Source: Hydrurus foetidus
Lineage: Eukaryota
Reading direction: 5' to 3'
Assembly: GCA_900617105.1 (NCBI GenBank)
Contig: UYFQ01000364.1
Span: 1-46,324, forward strand
Length of the DNA: 46,324 nucleotides
The position numbers and the translations under genes are program-made. The notes under the pieces are model-generated. The model ran no database searches and was not told the DNA's origin. It was given only the letters and a program-made list of their open reading frames with translations. Positions 37,185 to 46,324 of this stretch are shown here, one piece after another (positions within the stretch are counted from its first letter, which is position 1; every line of letters starts with the position of its first letter).

Positions 37185-37195
37185 TAATTAGCACT
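37185..37195 (+). promoter_or_regulatory. Non-canonical primer-binding site TAATTAGCACT, complementary to LTR positions 37034-37044
   Basis: Abuts the LTR CA end; does not begin with TGG; exact reverse complement of AGTGCTAATTA in the LTR. Confidence 0.7.
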
Positions 37196-37222
37196 CATCG
37201 CTTGCAACAAGAAGTTGCAACG

Positions 37223-40200
37223 ATGAAAGGCCGTGGAAGTCCCCAACAGGGACGTGGACGAGGTTATTTTGCGGGTCGTGGTGGGAGAGGATCTCCAGCG
37301 ACGCCGAACCACCATCGAGGGAATATACCGACGATCGGTGCATACTTGGATCTACCACCTGGGAAGGACATTGCCCATGGAGCGGTTACCAAGTGGATGG
37401 CCAAAATGAAGGAGTATGCCATGACAACTTTTAAATCAAGAGTCAGCATGATATTTGGTGCTGACGGCACTCTTGGAGATTACCCAGCTTATGTACTGCC
37501 AGACCAACCAGAGGATGGAGCAACCATCTACGACAGAAAGATATGGGAACTAGGAATGGTAGATTACAACAAAAATGTTAAAACTCTAGAAGAAGATAAA
37601 GGAAACCTCTATGGAGCTATGCTAGGACAAATGTCCGAGAGCTCGAAGACGAGAGTATCAGAAGTGCAGGCCGGATTGAAGCCGAAAATGAGTTCGAGCC
37701 AAGGAAATTATGCAAGCAATACTGGTCACGCACATCGGAGATTCTACGCTAGGAGTACAGCACCAAATGTACATGATAACACAACGTTATAACAACTTAG
37801 TCATGGGACAACATGACAATTTGAGTATGTACTACACTAACACCAAGTCAGCTCTCACGGCTATCCAACAAGCCTATGAAATGGCAGGCCGTGGAGCACT
37901 TGATGAGACATATCCCGAGGGCCAAATGGCCGTGAAATTCATCTTGGGACTCAATGGAAACTACGGAGAATTCAAATCATTTTTCACCAACGGGTTGAAA
38001 CCATGGCCAGAGTCTCTGGAAGTAGCCTACCAGGAATCAGCCAAATATAATCCGAAGCGAGCAGCGTCCAACTCACCAGCAGCTATGGACAGAGCGAATG
38101 CCTTCGCCATGACTGGCAGAGGAGGCAAGGGCGGTCGAGGAGGATACCCCGGAGGACACAAGGGAAAAGCGCGCCAAACGCTAAGTGGGTGAAGGACGGA
38201 GCAGACTCGCCAGAAGCAGCAGCAGCGAGAAAGGATCTCCTATCGCAGCCTACACATCCAACAAATCCCCACCAGCGGGGTACAAGCGAGGGCCATGCAA
38301 CAACTGTGGAAAGTACGGGCACCTTGCTAGGGAGTGCAGAGCAGAGGCAGCAGAGACTGTAGCCCAGTACTGGGGCGAGGAAGGAGGCAAGAGCCCTGGA
38401 GGGAAATCCACGCACCACCTGGGAAGGGAAAGTAAGTCGCTTATATGATTCTTTACATGATGATATAGCTAATAATGTGAATAATGTGTGACTAGTGTTG
38501 TGAAAAATGATGTAAGCATGTACGTATTTCTAAATATGTACAAATTAAATTTATAGATGACGAAGCTCCAGTGACGGAGACCCCAGCAGTAGATAGCAAT
38601 ATATTTAGCATAGATATCACGAATGATTCTGATGTATTTGCTGACAATCAATTGCTTCTTGACACATGTGCTGGTGAATCTGTATTTAGAACTGCCACAC
38701 TGTTCTATGACATTGTGCCTGCTGATATACCCATGATAGTTAATGGAGTAAATAGTAAAGGAGAGCCAATGGTAACCAGAGAATGTGGGACAATAGATTT
38801 TGGATGAGTTTACTTTGACCCTAACTGTATAGCTAATATCTTGTCATTTGCTAATATGGTAAATAATTGTTACTCTATGAAGTATAGTAGTGGGAGCGAT
38901 TTTTATAGTTTGCAAATTAAAAGAGGCGGATGTGGTTACTACTTCAACAGAGATGAAAAGTATAATACATATATATGTAATTTAGATACTATGGTAAGTA
39001 AGCCTAAGTTAATGTTAGTGACGACAGTCAGCGATAAGATGAAGAAGTACACAGTTAGACAGGTGAAACAAGCCGAGTTAGTTGGAGAATATCAGAGGAA
39101 ATTAGGATACGCTAGCCCAGGTCAGGAAATTAAGCTGATAGGATAGGGTAAACTAGTTAATAGTGATATTACGGCACAAGATGTTGTTAGATCTTTAGAT
39201 ATCTGGGGTCCTGACTTAGGCACCCTAAAGGGAAAACGCCAAGCCATCAGGCACAGGTTGAAGAGGAGCAACCACTGTTAGATAATATACAACAGAGAGA
39301 TCAAACCATGTATATAGACATTATGTTTGTCAACGGCAATCCGTTTTTAATTGCTGTTGTTAAGCCATTAGAGTATACTATGGTAAATAAGTTAAACAAC
39401 AGAGCCAATCTTACGCTTTGGACTAGCTTAGAGAGCGATATTAGACACATAACTAAGTATGGATTCAGTTTAAATTTAGTAAGAGTTGATGGAGAGGGTG
39501 CCATCAATTCAGTATGGTTTGAGACTAAGTTCGCTACAATAGGTACTGCATTAGACACGACAGGTGCAGGTGAGGCAGTTACCGTAGTTGAGCGTAAGAT
39601 CAGACAGATTAAAGAGAGAGTTAGAGCAGTAATCAACACACTACCATTTAGATTAACTGAGAAGTTAGAAGGTTAGTTAGTTAGATGTGCTGTTAATCGT
39701 ATAGTGTTAGTTCCGACAAGGAATACCGTAGACTATGTCAGCCCCAGAGAGAAACTATACGGTAGGAAGATAAATGTAGACAATGAACTGAAACATGGTT
39801 TTGGCGACTATGTTCAAGTGCATTCTAACAATATTGATAATAGTAATAAAGCCAGAACTTCAAGTGCTATCGCTCTGATGAGTGCCGGCAATCTAGAAGG
39901 ATCTTGGTATTACATGTTACTCAGTAATGAACAGATAGTTAAGCGCACTAAAGCCACATCACTACCTATGCCTGATGAAGTGATTACTTACCTTAATGGA
40001 TTATCTGATAAGAGAAACATTAATAAGGGTAATAACACTAATCAACCTGTATTTGAACAGAATAGGCGTGTGATTGAGGATGATGGACTAGATTATGATG
40101 ATGAGAAAATTTATAATAATAATATGAGAAGATTTAGTAATTCACACATACCACATTCAGATGAAATGTATGATGACTCATATGATGTTGAACCACATGT

Positions 40201-42220
40201 GATGCCTGAACTGCCTTATGTGCCAGTGATGAATGACGAAAATGATTTTAATGATATGCCTGATAATGATGCTATGACAGACGATTATACAGTGCAGCTA
40301 GAGACTAATGATGCTGAATTCGAACCTATTGAACATGACGATGTTGCGATGGAATATGATGCACCTGATGTAAACAGCACGTACGTTGATGACAATGTAC
40401 TTACATATGATGAAACTGTTGATGCCATAGAAGATACGTACACAGTAGATGACGTACTTACAGATGAACTACCTGAGATAGAACAGCCTGCTTTGAGACG
40501 TAGCGCTAGAAATCACCAGCCAGGTAGATGGGCATCTAACAGAGGAAATAGGAACATAGGATGCTGTATACCTGAAGTGTTGCATCGCCTTGATTGTTCA
40601 TATGCTTTTAACATGACTGTTAAAGACGGTATCGATAAGTTAGGTGATATAGCTATCGATTCCATTAGAAAAGAAATGCAACAGATGTGCGAGAAAGATG
40701 TGTGGGAAGGAGTGTTGATCAACTCACTAACACCATTACAACGTAACAACATCATAACCAGTAGTATGTTTTTAAAAGATAAGTATACTGCAGAAGGTAA
40801 ATTTGATAAGTTAAAATCGAGATTAGTTGCAGGAGGTCATTTACAGGATAGAGATATTTACGATAATGGCTCATCACCTACTGTTAGTACTACTAGTGTG
40901 TTTATTATTGCTTCAATTGCTGCGAAAGAGAATCGATCATTAGCTACGATAGATTTTCCAGGAGCATTTTTAAATAGCGATATGCCACTTGAGGGTAGTC
41001 ACACTGTATTTATGAGATTGAATAAATATTTGACTGGTGTTTTGACATCCATTGATAAATCATATTTGAAATATGTTAATGAAAAGGGTACATGCATTGT
41101 TAAATTGAAAAAAGCATTGTATGGATGTGTTGAATCTGCAAAACTGTGGTATGATAAAATTTCACATGACTTGTCCGTATTAGGCTATACTGCTAATGCT
41201 TATGACATGTGTGTGTTTAATCGAACTGAAAACAATAAATCACAAACCACATTGATCATCCACGTTGATGACATGATGATATCGTGTTGCAATGACAAAT
41301 ATGTTGATATGGTAATTTATGAAATTGAAAAACTGTATCCCGGACTAACGAAACATCGAGGAAAAGTACTTAATTACATAGGCATGACTTTTAATTTCGA
41401 GACAGCGGGACAAGTGAAGATAACTATGGAAGGATTTATCAAAGAGCTGCTAGAAGACTGCAAAGAGATTTTAGGGGTGGCACCGACACCGGCCAAGCCG
41501 GAATTATTTTCCGTTAAACCGGATACCTCTGACTCACTACTAACCACTTCTGCTCGTGAGTTCTTTCATTCAATTACAGCGAAGCTGCTATACTTAAGCA
41601 AAAGAGCGAGGCCAGATATTCTGACGCCGGTAGCGTTCCTGACGAAGCGGGTGACGAAACCACAAGTGGACGACTTGAAAAAGCTGGAACGTACCATACA
41701 GTACGTACGTCACACTAGAGACCTTGGCCTCACACTACAGATAGAGGACCCCATCACTGTTACATGCTATGTTGATGCTTCCTACGGAGTACATCACGAC
41801 ATGAAGAGTCACACAGGAAGCGCCATCACATTAGGGAAAGGCGTAGTGTATGCTAAGAGTTCAACTCAAAAGCTAACCACGAAGTCGAGTACCGAAGCCG
41901 AGCTAGTAGGACTTAGCGACTCAGCCAATCAAGTGCTGTGGACCAGACTATTCCTCATAAATCAAGGATATAAAGACAGGAGCGCCATCATATTCCAAGA
42001 CAACAAATCCACCATCCAACTTATCAACAACGGTCGCTCCAACAGCGAACGTACGCGCCATATCGATATCCGGTATTTCTTCCTACATGACCGGATAAAA
42101 GAACAAGAAATTACCATCAGTTACAAATCAACCAACGAGATGTTAGCAGACATGCTAACAAAACCCCTTCAAGGAGAGCAGTTCAGAGCTTTCCGCAATA
42201 AACTACTCAACACCACCTGA
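37223..42220 (+). pseudogene. Copia gag-pol with several frameshifts and in-frame stops (38805, 39144, 39674); RT-RNaseH portion 39704-42220 open
   Basis: Zinc knuckle CNNCGKYGHLAREC; protease LLDTCAGESVF; CoDi-type pre-integrase LGYAS...DIWGPDLGTLKGK; IN YIDIMFV, VDGEG, VERKIR; RT KSRLVAGG, IDFPGAFL, LKKALYG, HVDD; RH YVDASY, KSSTEAEL, FQDNKS, RHIDIRY. Confidence 0.93.
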
Positions 42221-42764
42221 GTATTCCAATCCATCAAATTTCTTCTACCTACGCTTTGCCAACCCATTTCTGCTACCTTGGCCAACATCAACCTTATGTA
42301 TTATATGAATCTGTTTTTATGAATCTACAATTCCATCGAATTCCTTCTACCCTACAACATCAACCTCCAAGACATGAACACTCAAGACACTTACACTCGA
42401 GCCTACATCACATATGGTCGAGACACATCAACCGAAGACACATCAAGACGAAGACTTCAGAACCAACATTCCTACGATAAACTACTTTTAACCGCCAACT
42501 TTGCCAAAAACAAACTTCCTCCTATAACCGACAATTCCAAACGCCAACTATTTCTACCGCCTACAAATTCCTACAGCCAACTTCCACTACATTCTTTTCC
42601 GACTGAGATCGATTTTCAAGACACCGACGTAACATTCCGGAGCCATTGACGAAACTTTATTTATGATTAATAATGAATGAACATGTATGAATTAATTTAA
42701 TGCCTTTGAAATAATAATTGAATAAACTTGTTTGAATTGAATACGATAACACATCATAGGGGTG

Positions 42765-43117
42765 TGTAGTAATATCAGTACTATGTAGACTAGATATTCC
42801 GTATACGAATTGTGATGCTATTATCTGTATTTCATATTTGAACCACACGTACGGTGTTGCACCACAGCAGTACCGTACTACATACGATATGACGTATTTG
42901 ATCTAGCATAGCCATCAACCCGTTGAGACAACTACTGACTACACTCGACTACTACTGCGTTGCAGCAGTGCTAATTAACCCAAACTCGTAGCCGACAGTG
43001 AAACTTCTCTTCTGACTCCAGACAGAGCGAGTGAAGCCGCCTCGGAGAGTGCAGTGGGGAGCTTGTGACCAACCGTATGGGACATACGTCACACCTCTGA
43101 GTCCACATTTCACAACA
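42765..43117 (+). repeat. Copia 3' LTR (353 bp)
   Basis: Direct repeat of the 5' LTR with one 1-bp insertion and one substitution. Confidence 0.97.
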
Positions 43118-43122
43118 CTTTA

Positions 43123-43976
43123 GCCCCGGTCCCATATGGTAAAACGAAATACGAAATACAAAACAGGATTTCGTATTTCGTATTACGTAAGGTCTCGTTT
43201 GTTATGACGCAACGAAATACGAAATACAAAACAGGATTTCGTATTTCGTACATCTCGTTTCTTATGATGCAACGAAATACGAAATTGAATCAACAATGTA
43301 TTTCGTGTGGTCCTCGTTTGTTACGTAGTCTCCAAAAACCAAAACCAATTGCAGTTGCTTGAACATACTCGTCACAAATATTCAAAATATTTTATATTCA
43401 CGATGAAGCGATCCGACGCTCCAAGTCACATAAATCCATCGCGATCGTCCAAGAAGCCGAAGTTGACGGAGGCCAACATCAAGGAACCATCTGGAGCAAA
43501 GAATGAGATGAAACCTCTCAAAGTTTCCGCCAAAATTAATCCGCCAGCTCCTATCAACAGCAAGCAACAGAAAGCATTTCACTTTCTGATCTCGGCCGCC
43601 TCCTACAATTCCGTTCTCGAAGGAAACACTGACAGCATGGATGGAATTCGTGATCTCTGTTACAAATTTTATCATGGATTCGACGAGGACAACATTGGAA
43701 TGGCCGCCAATTTTCTCGAGGGCAACGGAAGATTCGGGGTGTTATGGGATGATGGGAGAATTGCGAGTGGATATGGTTATCTATCGGGATTAACTCATGC
43801 CCAACTTAGTCATATCATTCATGTACCCACGCTGAGTAAAAGGAACCTTATCACCGGGCGTCAGATTCATGACAAAGCGAAAGCATGCATTTTGGACTCG
43901 AAGAAATATTTGGCGCTGTGGATGGAGTTCCTCGTTGATGGCAAAATGCCCAGCGGAATGAAAGAGGATAACGCTC
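43123..43976 (+). mobile_element. Probable left arm of a second (Harbinger-like) DNA transposon, interrupted by a retroelement
   Basis: TTA|GCCCCGGTCCCATATGG candidate terminus; subterminal ACGAAAT/ATTTCGT array at 43144-43306 with ~68-bp repeat units; ORF with a motif block shared with the 8201-9166 accessory protein. The other end is not in the window. Confidence 0.5.
43403..43976 (+). pseudogene. Truncated transposon accessory-like protein (MKRSDAPSHIN...)
   Basis: GRQIHDKAK...LALW...PSGMKEDNAL aligns by eye with GEQMIRKAK...LNLHW...ASGNQLSDAL of ORF 8201-9166; the frame runs into LTR-like sequence at ~43977. Confidence 0.5.
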
Positions 43977-46324
43977 TGCAATCTGGACGTATTCAGACAT
44001 ACAATCTTCAATCTCTTCAGGGGTTTCAGGCCTTTTCACCAACTTAGGGTAGAGATGTTTGCGGCTGTGGCTCCCTCAGGGTCTGCTACCCCATTCAGCC
44101 GATTAGATGCTGTTTCCACCTTAGTACCTTCGTGTTCACAGCCACGACTATCAGTCACTAGCTAGTTTGTGCTGCTTTGCAGAAGTTACTAGCGTACCTT
44201 CTGTTTGCATCTCTAACTAACAAGCTCCTTTTAGCCTTTAGACTTCCCTTCTTCCTAGCCCTCAAAGGTCACAGTAGATCTACTTCCTTTAGTTTCTCTT
44301 CTTTAGACCCTATCCTCCTACTCTAAGCTACCATCCTCTACACTACCCTGCTGCCCTAACTCTCCCGATTACCTGCGTGGAGAATCTCGAATTTTATTCG
44401 AAATTCTCGTTTGCGAGCAATTCTTACTATCGCGAGCAAGTCTCCGAAGTCTGGTCGCCGTAAACTTAGTCACTCGGATTGAGATTTCTCTCCCGATACT
44501 TGACTGTCTTGTGGTTGCTTGAGTTTCATCTCAGCAATCCCAAATTTTTGTGCAGAGTTAACTCAGTTAACTTCTGCCCATCTTTCGCCTCAAGCTTTGC
44601 TTGGCTGACGTCCGTGGATAGCTTCGTCTGCCACGCCGTTCTCGTGGTTGGTCGAGCAAGTCTCCCAATCCCGGCTCATTCTGTGCGGATTGATCCATTC
44701 ATCCGTCCAGACTTTATTTGACTTATTTCACTTCGCCTAATCGCCTGTTTGATTTTCATCCAAACGGCACGAGGCGAAGCCCTTGCAAAAATTTTTTGGC
44801 GACTCTAGCCATTTAAATTGTCAAGACATAAGTCATCTAACGATGCCGTTATCCGACGACTCCTCGGAGATCTCGCCGTCGCTCGCCGAAGTAATTACTC
44901 CGACAGAACCGGCAGCGACGACGGTTGCGACAATCCAGTCGACACCAAAAGCGCCGACAGCAGTAGCGGCGTCTGATGGAACTGATCGACCGGTATTCCC
45001 AGTAACAATACTGGGACCTACCAACAGTTCCAATCAGGCGCCGCCTAATCGTCATAACGACGACGACGACGACGACGACGACGACATTCAGACAACGCGA
45101 CAACATGACAATGTCACGTTGCGTTCGTCAGACGCAAATCGTCATCAGACACGCCATAACGGCAACCCTGATCGGGATGATGACGACGGCGATACTAATC
45201 CCCGCCGCCGTATGGATTCACCCCCGCAACGATACCTCCGTCGTCAGGGCCTCGACAGTTACGACAACTCAACTCGTCGGAATAACCCCGTCGACGGAGA
45301 TGCAACGGGCGACTACTCGCCCACTCAGAACCAACAAAGTGGTAGCGAAGACGGTGGTGACGGTAATCGTTACGATAACCGTCAACGCCACGATTCTAAC
45401 CAACGTCAATACAATGACGATAATCGAAACAACAACGATTATCGACGTTCTAATGATGACAATCAAGGTCACAACGACAATCGTCGTAACTACGATGACT
45501 CCAACCCTCCCAGGGACAACCGTAATACGGGCCCTTCATACGGTACGGAGCACCGTAACGACGTTCGTTACGATAACGAGGGACGTCAATATAACGATGA
45601 TCGCCGCAATGACAATCAACGTCAGAGCGATAATCGTCGTTATAACGACAATTACCGTCAGAATGACGACAGCCACGACTACGACAACGATGGTCGTCGC
45701 GGCTACGACACCTCATTCAACGACGACAACAGACGTCAATACGACGATCGACGCAACAGCGACAATCGTCGCAACGACGACAATCCACGTCAGAATGACG
45801 GGCGTCGCGATCACGATCATCGCCAACAAGACGACAACCCTAACAGGGATAATCGCAGAGACACTTTCCAACGTCACAACGATAACCCCCAAAGGGATAA
45901 TCGTAATTACGAGGATTCTCGTCGTAATGACAACCCAAACAGGGGAAATTATTCGACTAACACTCGCGGTTTCGATAATTTTCGCGACGACAACAACGAC
46001 AGTTTCCGTCAGGGAGACAACAACCCCAATAGGAGAAGTCGTCGAGAACCCCCACAGGGTCACGATGACAGTCCCCCAAGGGACTATCCCCAAGGAGACA
46101 ATCGTCGCCAACAGGATACCTCCAACCGGGGCAACCGTAATACTGACGGTCGTCAGTACAACGACAACCAGTACGAGGACGAACGTGCGACTCCACGGGC
46201 AACCGTACGCGTTACCGACAACTCTCGACTACTCGAGAGTCGCGATACGCGCATCCCCGAAAATGTGGAGACAATAACCCGCACAGCGGACGTTCCTCGC
46301 AAACGCGCGTCACCTCCACAAGAA
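43977..46324 (+). mobile_element. 5' part of a second Gypsy-like LTR retrotransposon (LTR ~43977-44373, leader, gag start)
   Basis: Collinear LTR motifs shared with 6018-6309 (CTAGCTAG, AGAAGTTA, TAACTAACA, CTACTTCCT); PBS-like TGCGTGGAGAAT at 44374-44385; leader motif shared with 174-200; long ORF from 44843. No pol domain is within the window. Confidence 0.7.
44843..46324 (+). CDS. Probable gag N-terminus, D/N/R/Q-rich low-complexity; open to the window edge (absent from the ORF track)
   Basis: ATG at 44843 gives MPLSDDSSEISPSLAEV...RYDNRQRHDSNQRQYNDDNRNNNDYRRSNDD... with no stop seen to 46324; ATG context resembles that of the first Gypsy. Confidence 0.7.
   Translation, partial: MPLSDDSSEISPSLAEVITPTEPAATTVATIQSTPKAPTAVAASDGTDRPVFPVTILGPTNSSNQAPPNRHNDDDDDDDDDIQTTRQHDNVTLRSSDANRHQTRHNGNPDRDDDDGDTNPRRRMDSPPQRYLRRQGLDSYDNSTRRNNPVDGDATGDYSPTQNQQSGSEDGGDGNRYDNRQRHDSNQRQYNDDNRNNNDYRRSNDDNQGHNDNRRNYDDSNPPRDNRNTGPSYGTEHRNDVRYDNEGRQYNDDRRNDNQRQSDNRRYNDNYRQNDDSHDYDNDGRRGYDTSFNDDNRRQYDDRRNSDNRRNDDNPRQNDGRRDHDHRQQDDNPNRDNRRDTFQRHNDNPQRDNRNYEDSRRNDNPNRGNYSTNTRGFDNFRDDNNDSFRQGDNNPNRRSRREPPQGHDDSPPRDYPQGDNRRQQDTSNRGNRNTDGRQYNDNQYEDERATPRATVRVTDNSRLLESRDTRIPENVETITRTADVPRKRASPPQE

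Larger units (their letters stand above)
36833..43117 (+). mobile_element. Full-length Ty1/Copia LTR retrotransposon (CoDi-like), coding region disrupted
   Basis: TG...CA LTRs at 36833-37184 and 42765-43117 (2 differences seen); CTTT on both flanks; short PPT AGGGG at ~42758-42762; gag-PR-IN-RT-RH order. Confidence 0.97.

Noticed and set aside
42256..42848. Possible extra (env-like) ORFs in the Copia 3' region
   Set aside because: Short, low-complexity, with no transmembrane or recognisable motif; treated as 3' UTR.
43144..43306. Palindromic repeat units that could be mistaken for a CRISPR array
   Set aside because: No unique spacers of regular length, no cas genes, eukaryotic context; better explained as transposon subterminal repeats.
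45105..46277. 390-aa Thr/Ile/Val-rich ORF resembling a mucin-like protein
   Set aside because: Shadow frame of the GAC/AAC/CGT-rich ORF starting at 44843, which has the conserved leader and ATG context and was omitted from the track only because it has no stop in the window.
1..46324. tRNA, rRNA or other structured RNA genes
   Set aside because: None recognised by eye; a covariance-model scan would be needed to exclude them.

Overview
Eukaryotic nuclear DNA with short GT-AG introns. It is probably from a stramenopile-type protist (inference from the CoDi-like Copia and the gene set). Host genes are interleaved with a dense, partly nested set of transposons. Left nest (1-11453): a minus-strand, intron-containing BED-finger hAT-like element interrupted by a chromodomain Ty3/Gypsy retrotransposon (5' LTR outside the window) and by a complete two-gene PIF/Harbinger element (15-bp TIRs, TGA TSD). 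Host genes: an NlpC/P60 peptidase-TTLL10-like ligase fusion, SPCS3, a tandem ubiquitin/SUMO-like protein, a multi-exon coiled-coil/LRR gene, CEBPZ/Mak21 and a TLC-domain protein. Between them lie two MITEs and a complete pogo-like DDD transposon with perfect 54-bp TIRs but no TA target duplication. Right nest (36833-46324): a full-length Ty1/Copia element, then a probable Harbinger-like left arm interrupted by a second Gypsy-like element whose gag begins with a long D/N/R-rich region. The most striking signal is in the Copia element. It has no TGG-type tRNA primer-binding site; instead the 11 nt right after the 5' LTR are the exact reverse complement of an 11-mer inside the LTR, the architecture of Tf1-type self-priming. 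It also has a 4-bp TSD and a candidate intron that fuses gag to pol in frame. All calls were made by eye from motifs; no database searches were run.
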